Shown piece after piece: positions 57,477 to 64,000 of a DNA stretch of 64,000 nt; position 1 is the first letter of the stretch, and each line of letters begins with the position of its first letter. The notes under the pieces were generated by a model, which saw only the letters and a program-made list of their open reading frames with translations, made no database searches and had not been told where the DNA came from. Origin of the DNA: an uncultured Poribacteria bacterium. Lineage in GTDB: Bacteria > Poribacteria > WGA-4E > WGA-3G. The stretch lies in the NCBI GenBank assembly GCA_958296135.2, contig CATQHZ020000001.1, positions 1,280,001-1,344,000 of the forward strand, given 5' to 3'. The translations under genes and the position numbers were made by a program.

Positions 57477-58154
57477 ATGTTTAATCCTTTTGAAGCCATT
57501 CTTATCGTTACGCAATTTATCGTCTTACTAACCTTTCACGAGTGGGGGCACGCGAAGTCGGCGGATATGTTAGGCGATTCGACAGCGCGCAACCAAGGGC
57601 GCATGTCGCTTAACCCCGCTGTGCATATCGATCCGATCGGCACGGTGTTACTGCCGTTGCTCGGCACCTTTTTCGGCAGCACCTTTTTCGGCTGGGCGAA
57701 GCCGGTGCCTGTCAATCCGTTCAATCTCAAAAACCCGGTAAAGGATATGATGCTCATCGCGGCCGCCGGTCCTTTCATGAATATCGTTCTGACTTTTGTG
57801 ATTTTAGGGATTGCCCGTCTGTTGGAATTGGTTTTTAACTTCCCGCAACCTGGCTCCGATTTTCATGTGGAGATTGCTAGGCAATTAGTTCGCATGGGGC
57901 TCATCAGCGTGTTTTTGGCGGCGTTTAACATGCTCCCTATCTACCCGTTAGATGGATTCAGCGTTGTGCGTGGCTTGCTGCCGGCGCGTGCCGCACGTTC
58001 ATGGGAGAACCTCAGTCCTTACGGAATGCCGATTCTGATGTGCCTGATTTTTCTTCCCAGTCTCCTAGGGATACCGAACTATGTCTTCGGTTTTTTGTCC
58101 GAAATCAGTTACGCTACCTTCAATCTTATCGCACAAATCGTCGGACTGCGCTGA
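57477..58154 (+). CDS. Site-2 protease (M50 family)
   Basis: HEWGH, GWAKPVP, AAAGP, FNMLPIYPLDG. Confidence 0.93.
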   Translation: MFNPFEAILIVTQFIVLLTFHEWGHAKSADMLGDSTARNQGRMSLNPAVHIDPIGTVLLPLLGTFFGSTFFGWAKPVPVNPFNLKNPVKDMMLIAAAGPFMNIVLTFVILGIARLLELVFNFPQPGSDFHVEIARQLVRMGLISVFLAAFNMLPIYPLDGFSVVRGLLPARAARSWENLSPYGMPILMCLIFLPSLLGIPNYVFGFLSEISYATFNLIAQIVGLR

Positions 58155-58274
58155 ACTCCCTGTCCCGTAGGGCGAGGGGAGCGTTACGCCGAGACGTTGT
58201 CATCTCTGCAGCGTTGTCTGCAGGGATGTCCACTGTCCCTCGTCCTGCCGAATGAGCGCGAGAACAAGACAAAT

Positions 58275-59093
58275 ATGTTAACTGAAACAATACCCACTGT
58301 CGCACCTGTGAGTGAATCCCCCCAACGAGGTAAGGGTGACACTTCTCCTCCTATTTATTCCATCAAATTGGAGGGATTCGAGGGGCCGCTCGACCTGCTC
58401 CTCCATCTCATTCAGAAGGAGGAGATGGCCATTCACGACATCCAGATTGCGCATATTACCGACCGGTATCTGGAATACGTGAATTTAATGGAGCAGCTGG
58501 ATCTGGATGTTGCGTCCGAGTTCCTTGTAATGGCGGCTACGCTTCTCCATCTCAAATCGCAGAGTATCCTCCCGCAAATCGTTGCCGATTCTGAGTACCC
58601 CATCGGCGACAGGGAGCAGCTCGTCCAGCAGCTGCTGGAGTATAAGCATTTTAAAGAGGCGGCGCAGGCGTTAGATGTTTACGCCGAGCGGCGTTCCTGG
58701 CTCTACGGCAGGCCCCCGGAACTCCACGCGGAACTGGATGGCAGCAAGCAGTATGAGGTTAAAGCGACGCTGTTCGACCTGCTCACCGCGTTCAGGAACG
58801 TCAACGAACGGCTCGCCCTTGCCGAACCGGAAGAGGTTTACGAGACGTTTGAAGAGGAGACACTCACCGTTGAGGACAAAATCGCCTTTATTGAGAGGCA
58901 GTTGATACACACAGATCAGCTCCTCTTCGACGATCTGTTTCCATCTCTGTCGGGCGCGCCTTTAAGCCGTGCTGAACGTGTTGTTACGTTTCTTGCCATT
59001 TTAGAATTGGTGCGGATAGGGAAAATCGCCACGGTCCAAACGGGGCCGTTTGAGAGTATCTATATCATCAAAAAACCAGAAGGCAAGTCTTGA
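58275..59093 (+). CDS. scpA: Segregation and condensation protein A
   Basis: FEGPLDLLLHLI, EFLVMAATL, VTFLAILEL. Confidence 0.95.
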   Translation: MLTETIPTVAPVSESPQRGKGDTSPPIYSIKLEGFEGPLDLLLHLIQKEEMAIHDIQIAHITDRYLEYVNLMEQLDLDVASEFLVMAATLLHLKSQSILPQIVADSEYPIGDREQLVQQLLEYKHFKEAAQALDVYAERRSWLYGRPPELHAELDGSKQYEVKATLFDLLTAFRNVNERLALAEPEEVYETFEEETLTVEDKIAFIERQLIHTDQLLFDDLFPSLSGAPLSRAERVVTFLAILELVRIGKIATVQTGPFESIYIIKKPEGKS

Positions 59094-59223
59094 GGTACAG
59101 GATTATGCGAATGCCATCATTAGGGTTGAATCTGCGTAAGTCCTAAATATCCAAGACATTCTGGTGCAACAAGCGTTTTGGCACAGTCACAGTTGTCCAA
59201 ATGCCTTGTGAAAGAGGAAAGAC

Positions 59224-59925
59224 ATGAACGCTCAAAATTTAGCGGCAGCCCTGCCTCCGAAGGCTATCTTGGAGGCGATTCTGTTCGCCGCGAGTGAACC
59301 AATCTCGGTGAAGCAGTTTCGGAGGGCGCTGCCCGCGTTATCCACGCGCGCTATTCGGGATGGGCTCGCCGAACTTCGCGACGACTACCAAGCGTTGCAT
59401 CGGAGTTTCCGCCTCGTTGAAATTGCGAACGGGTATCAGATCTGCACCTGTCCGGAATATGCGGAGTGGGTCCAAAAGTTTTATACGCGGCAAGTGCGCG
59501 TCACACTGTCGCCTTCTGCGCTTGAGACGCTGGCGATTGTTGCTTACAAACAACCTGTCACGCGTGCCGATGTCGCCGTTATCCGCGGTGTCAATAGCGA
59601 TAGTGTCCTCAATTCGCTTGTCGTGAAAGGGCTCGTTTGCATTGCGGGCAGAAAAGCGGGTGCGGGACGTTCCTTGCTCTTCGCCACTACTGACGTGTTC
59701 CTCCAACAGTTTGGATTGAAAGATTCCGCCGAATTGCCCTCAATTGAGGAGATAGAGGCGTTGTTAGCGTCGGATGGGACAGCGGCACGGTTACAAAGCG
59801 CGCCTACCGATGAAGAGACAGGTGTACACCGAGTTGGGAATCGCTCTCAGGAGTTCGCTGCTGTTGGAGAAGATGGAGCGGAAAGGACAAGCACCCATTC
59901 GGATGAAGCACCGTTAGGTGCTTAA
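59224..59925 (+). CDS. scpB: Segregation and condensation protein B
   Basis: LEAILFAA, LETLAIVAYKQPVTR, IRGVNS, FLQQFGL..LP. Confidence 0.95.
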   Translation: MNAQNLAAALPPKAILEAILFAASEPISVKQFRRALPALSTRAIRDGLAELRDDYQALHRSFRLVEIANGYQICTCPEYAEWVQKFYTRQVRVTLSPSALETLAIVAYKQPVTRADVAVIRGVNSDSVLNSLVVKGLVCIAGRKAGAGRSLLFATTDVFLQQFGLKDSAELPSIEEIEALLASDGTAARLQSAPTDEETGVHRVGNRSQEFAAVGEDGAERTSTHSDEAPLGA

Positions 59926-59943
59926 TGGCTATAGGGGGATGGA

Positions 59944-61284
59944 ATGATGAACTACGATGCACACTTCCAGTGCAGTGAAGGCTGCGCCGAGAGTTACCCA
60001 CTCACTGAAATTGTCTACCGCTGTAAGAAGTGCGATGGGTTGCTGGAAGTGCGCCACGACATGGGCGTGCTCAAACAACGCAGCCCTGACGATTGGAAAT
60101 GCTTATTTGAAAAACGCTACAGGCGGACTGGATACCCGTACGGGAGCGGTGTTTGGGGAAAAAAGGAACTCGTCTGCCCGAACATTGATAACGAAAACAT
60201 TGTCTCTATGTATGAAGGCGGCACAAACCTTTTTTGGGCAGAACGCTTCGGCGCGCAACTCGGCCTCGCCGATCTCTGGATTAAGCAGTGCGGCAACAGC
60301 CACACTGGTTCTTTCAAAGACCTCGGGATGACAGTCCTTATCTCGATGGTAAAGCAGATTATCGCCGATGGGGGAGATATCCGCGCCGTAATGTGTGCAT
60401 CTACCGGCGATACGTCTGCCGCCTTGGCGGCGTATGCGTCTGCGGCTGGCATCCCCGCGATTATCCTCTTGCCGAAGGCGAAGGTCACGCGCGAGCAGCT
60501 GATTCAACCTATCGCTAACGGCGCGTTGACGCTCTCGCTGGAGACCGATTTTGATGGCTGTATGGAGATTGTCCAAAGACTCGCCGCCCGAAAGGATTTC
60601 TATCTTGCCAATTCCATTAATTCCATCCGAATTGAGGGGCAAAAAACTATCAGCATCGAGATAGTCCAGCAGTTTGATTGGGATGTGCCGGATTGGATTA
60701 TCATTCCGGGCGGCAACCTCGGCAACGTCTCCGCGCTCGGGCTCGGTTTTCTCATGATGCTAGAGCTTGGCATTATTAACAAACTGCCGCGGATTGCGTG
60801 CGCGCAGGCGGCACGCGCCAATCCACTCTACCGCAGTTACAAAACTGGGTTTACGGAGTTTCGCGCCATCACTGCGCAGCCCACACAAGCGACTGCAATC
60901 CAGATTGGCAATCCGGTCTCGATTCATCGCGCTATCCGCACGTTGAAGCGATTTGATGGCATCGTCGACCAGGCAAGCGAAGAGGAGTTAGCGGATGCTG
61001 CCGCAAGAGCCGATAGGACCGGGTTGTTCAATTGTCCGCATACCGGTGTTGCCTTGGCTGTGCTCCTCAAGATGGTAGAACGCAAACAGATTCGCCCAGG
61101 CGATAGGGTGATTGTCATCTCCACCGCGAATGGCCTCAAGTTCCCGGATTTCAAGGGGGCGTATCACCATTTGGATCCGGACAAGCCTGTCCCGCTCTAT
61201 TACAACGCGCCGATGGAGTTAGCAGCAGACTATGAGGTTGTTACTGGAGAGATCGCTAGGCACCTTGGGAACTTTGCTAGATAG
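59944..61284 (+). CDS. thrC: Threonine synthase
   Basis: EGGTNL, HTGSFKDLGM, CASTGDTSA, EGQKT, PGGNLGN, STANGLKF. Confidence 0.93.
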   Translation: MMNYDAHFQCSEGCAESYPLTEIVYRCKKCDGLLEVRHDMGVLKQRSPDDWKCLFEKRYRRTGYPYGSGVWGKKELVCPNIDNENIVSMYEGGTNLFWAERFGAQLGLADLWIKQCGNSHTGSFKDLGMTVLISMVKQIIADGGDIRAVMCASTGDTSAALAAYASAAGIPAIILLPKAKVTREQLIQPIANGALTLSLETDFDGCMEIVQRLAARKDFYLANSINSIRIEGQKTISIEIVQQFDWDVPDWIIIPGGNLGNVSALGLGFLMMLELGIINKLPRIACAQAARANPLYRSYKTGFTEFRAITAQPTQATAIQIGNPVSIHRAIRTLKRFDGIVDQASEEELADAAARADRTGLFNCPHTGVALAVLLKMVERKQIRPGDRVIVISTANGLKFPDFKGAYHHLDPDKPVPLYYNAPMELAADYEVVTGEIARHLGNFAR

Positions 61285-61389
61285 TTCTCCGTCTACGTTG
61301 ATGCCTAGATTATTTTTCGGTCCCTATGTGTAAGGGCGGATGTCTCTATCTGCCCTTACACTCTGGTGATGGGAAAATCTGATAAAAAT

Positions 61390-61419
61390 TTGCAAAAAAC
61401 ATGCAAAACATGCTATAAT
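61390..61419 (+). promoter_or_regulatory. Sigma70-type promoter of xylA
   Basis: TTGCAA-18 nt-TATAAT with TG extension. Confidence 0.65.
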
Positions 61420-61451
61420 TTCACGAAACAACAAAACAGAGGAGTCACGGA

Positions 61452-62621
61452 ATGCCAGAATTGTATCAGCCGAAGCCGGAACATAAATTTACCTTTGGGC
61501 TGTGGACGGTGGGGAACCCCGGCCGCGACCCGTTTGGGGATGTCGTCAGGCCCCCTTTGAAGCCCACCTATACCGTTGAGAAATTAAGCGAATTGGGTGC
61601 TTATGGCGTCAATTTACACGATAATGACCTGGTTCCCTTTGATGCCTCCGCCGCGGCGCGCGATAAAATCGTTACCGAATTCAAGAAGGCTCTCGAAGAC
61701 TATGGGCTGAAAGTGCCTATGGCGACGACGAACCTCTTTTATCATCCAATCTTTAAAGATGGCGCGTTTACCTCAAATGACCCGAGGGTGCGGGCGTTCG
61801 CAATCCAAAAAACCCTCAGTGCAATCGACCTCGGGGCGGAACTCGGCGCAACCGTGTATGTCTTCTGGGGCGGCCGCGAAGGCTCGGAAGTTGATGCCTC
61901 CAAAAACGGACCGGATACTATCAAGTGGAACCGCGAGGCGATGAACTTTTTCACGCACTACGTCAAAGACCAGGGGTATGCTCTCCGTTTTGCATTAGAG
62001 GCGAAGCCGAATGAACCGCGCGGCGACATCTACATGCCAACGACCGGGCACATGCTCCACTTCATTGAGACGTTGGACCACCCGGAGATGGTAGGGGTTA
62101 ACCCTGAATTCGCGCACGAAACGATGGCCGGGTTGAATTTCATCCACGGGGTCGCGCAGGCGTATGAGGCAGGAAAACTGTTTCACATCGACCTGAATGA
62201 CCAGAAGATGAGCCGGTTTGACCAGGATTTGCGTTTCGGTTCTGAGAACATCAAAGGCGCGTTCTTCCTCGTCAAATTCCTTGAAGATACCGGGTGGGAT
62301 GGGTGCCGCCATTTTGATGCGCACGCCTACCGCACCGAGGATGAGCAGGGAGTCTGGGACTTCGCAGCCGGGTGCATGCGCAGTTACCTGATTCTAAAAG
62401 AAAAGGCGCGCCGCTTCAACGAAGACGCGGAGATTCAGGGTATCTTATCGGAACTGCAGTCGCGCGATGCGGAACTTGAAACGTTGATGGGCACCTATAG
62501 TGCCGAGAACGCTGGCAAACTGCGAGAAATCGATTTCAAACCGGATACGCTCGCGCAGAGGGGCCTCGGCTACGAAAAACTCGATCAGCTCACGTTTGAG
62601 ATTCTAACCGGTGTCAGATAG
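61452..62621 (+). CDS. xylA: Xylose isomerase (short class I type)
   Basis: [52 protein letters not shown]. Confidence 0.96.
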   Translation: MPELYQPKPEHKFTFGLWTVGNPGRDPFGDVVRPPLKPTYTVEKLSELGAYGVNLHDNDLVPFDASAAARDKIVTEFKKALEDYGLKVPMATTNLFYHPIFKDGAFTSNDPRVRAFAIQKTLSAIDLGAELGATVYVFWGGREGSEVDASKNGPDTIKWNREAMNFFTHYVKDQGYALRFALEAKPNEPRGDIYMPTTGHMLHFIETLDHPEMVGVNPEFAHETMAGLNFIHGVAQAYEAGKLFHIDLNDQKMSRFDQDLRFGSENIKGAFFLVKFLEDTGWDGCRHFDAHAYRTEDEQGVWDFAAGCMRSYLILKEKARRFNEDAEIQGILSELQSRDAELETLMGTYSAENAGKLREIDFKPDTLAQRGLGYEKLDQLTFEILTGVR

Positions 62622-62668
62622 GTGATGTCTGACTATCCCCGCTGTTGCAACAAATGGGTATTTTCTCT

Positions 62669-62750
62669 CCGTAGGGTGGGAGCTGTCCCCCGCAATTCTT
62701 ACACTCAATAGCGTTCTCTCGCCGTAGCGCGGGGGCCTGTCCCCCGCGAA
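62669..62750. repeat. Two GTAG-type REP palindromes
   Basis: CCGTAGGGTGGGAGCTGTCCCCCGC and CCGTAGCGCGGGGGCCTGTCCCCCGCG. Confidence 0.65.
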
Positions 62751-62773
62751 CCTTATAATCATTGGATGCTGCT

Positions 62774-64000
62774 ATGAATACGCTTATTATTGCCATCTTG
62801 AGTTTTGTCGGGTTCATTGTCGCCTACCATACCTATGGCAAGTGGCTTGCCCGCAAGATTTTCGGCTTAGATACGCACGCGACGGTGCCGAGTGAGGAGC
62901 TGCGCGATGATGTCGATTATGTTCCTACCAAAAAGGAGATTATCTTCGGGCACCATTTCACGAGCATCGCTGGCACGGGCCCGATCGTCGGGCCTGCTAT
63001 CGCCGTGTTTTGGGGGTGGCTGCCGGCGTTGCTATGGGTGATGCTCGGCTCAATTTTCATTGGGGCCGTGCATGACTTCGGCTCGCTCGTCGTATCGCTG
63101 CGCAATCGCGGACAGAGCATCGGTGAAGTCGCCGGCAGGATGATAGCCCCGCGTGCCAAGTTCCTCTTCCTTTTCGTCCTCTTCGCGGGATTAACCATCG
63201 TCCTCGCCATTTTCGGACTGGTTATCGCCCTCATTTTTTCCTATTATCCGGAATCGGTGCTATCGGTTTGGGTGGAAATTCCGCTTGCTGTCGTCATCGG
63301 CATCTGGATTTATCGGAGAGGTGGGAACATCCTGTGGCCCTCCATCATCGCCCTCGGCGTGATGTATCTCGCGATGGGGCTCGGTGCTTATGTGCTGCCG
63401 ATTGATTTAGGGCAGTGGCTCGGCATTCCGCTGCTCGGGCAGACTTACATGAGCGTTGTCGTCATTTGGACGCTCGTGCTATTCGTTTACTGCTTCATCG
63501 CGTCCGTGTTGCCGGTGTGGACGCTCCTCCAACCGCGCGATTTTATCAACAGCCACGAATTGGTATTGGCACTGCTGTTGTTGGGGCTTGGGCTCGGTGT
63601 CGCTGGTTTAACAGGACAGGCAGACCTTACCGCTTCGGCTCCCGCTATCGCATCGGATATTCCGCCGGATGCGCCGCCGATCTGGCCGTTCCTCTTTATT
63701 ACGATTGCGTGCGGCGCAGTGAGCGGTTTCCACTGCATGGTGAGTTCCGGCACTTCCAGCAAACAGGTTGCCTCCGAAGGCGACGCGCAATACGTCGGAT
63801 ACGGCGCGATGTTGCTTGAAGGCGGCCTCGCGGTTGTGGTGATTCTCGCCTGTTGTGCCGGCATCGGCATGGGCATTTTCAATCGGACCGGCACCGGGGC
63901 GAACTATACGTTTGAGCCTATTCGGGAGGAAGCGCGCTTCCAAAGCGCGTCTACCGCGGGGGAGGAGGGCTTGCCTCCGGTTACCGGGCATGACGCGTGG
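62774..64000 (+). CDS. cstA: Carbon starvation protein A family transporter (runs off window end)
   Basis: Read manually: MNTLIIAIL...DYVPTKKEIIFGHHFTSIAGTGPIVGP...GAVHDF...LLQPRDFIN...ITIACGAVSGFH. Confidence 0.93.
   Translation, partial: MNTLIIAILSFVGFIVAYHTYGKWLARKIFGLDTHATVPSEELRDDVDYVPTKKEIIFGHHFTSIAGTGPIVGPAIAVFWGWLPALLWVMLGSIFIGAVHDFGSLVVSLRNRGQSIGEVAGRMIAPRAKFLFLFVLFAGLTIVLAIFGLVIALIFSYYPESVLSVWVEIPLAVVIGIWIYRRGGNILWPSIIALGVMYLAMGLGAYVLPIDLGQWLGIPLLGQTYMSVVVIWTLVLFVYCFIASVLPVWTLLQPRDFINSHELVLALLLLGLGLGVAGLTGQADLTASAPAIASDIPPDAPPIWPFLFITIACGAVSGFHCMVSSGTSSKQVASEGDAQYVGYGAMLLEGGLAVVVILACCAGIGMGIFNRTGTGANYTFEPIREEARFQSASTAGEEGLPPVTGHDAW

Noticed and set aside
62917-63991. Short ORFs on both strands near the window end
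   Set aside because: Shadows of cstA, which is open from 62774 to the window edge

Overview
Bacterial chromosomal window, moderately GC-rich. The gene content (many Gfo/Idh/MocA oxidoreductases, HEAT repeats, dense GTAG-type REP palindromes) is suggestive of Candidatus Poribacteria; that assignment is inference only. Housekeeping content: rpsF-ssb-rpsR-rplI-dnaB, leuB, ychF, plsC, a split cytochrome c maturation cluster (ccmE/F/H, ccmA, ccmB), a 2-oxoacid:ferredoxin oxidoreductase pair, eno-ftsB, a tRNA nucleotidyltransferase, scpAB, thrC, xylA and cstA. The centre (32.0-50.0 kb) holds two convergent Type III-like restriction-modification loci. In both, the mod gene is broken by a G/C homopolymer (G10 at 33638-33647; C8 on the coding strand at 47189-47196) placed after all catalytic motifs, so tract length decides whether a large C-terminal domain is attached. 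Both loci carry PIN-domain cargo between mod and res: an intact ABC-ATPase/PIN pair in the first and a PIN remnant in the second. REP palindromes are repeatedly found in frame inside proteins, and a long structured RNA candidate lies between eno and ftsB. No rRNA, tRNA or CRISPR array was found.
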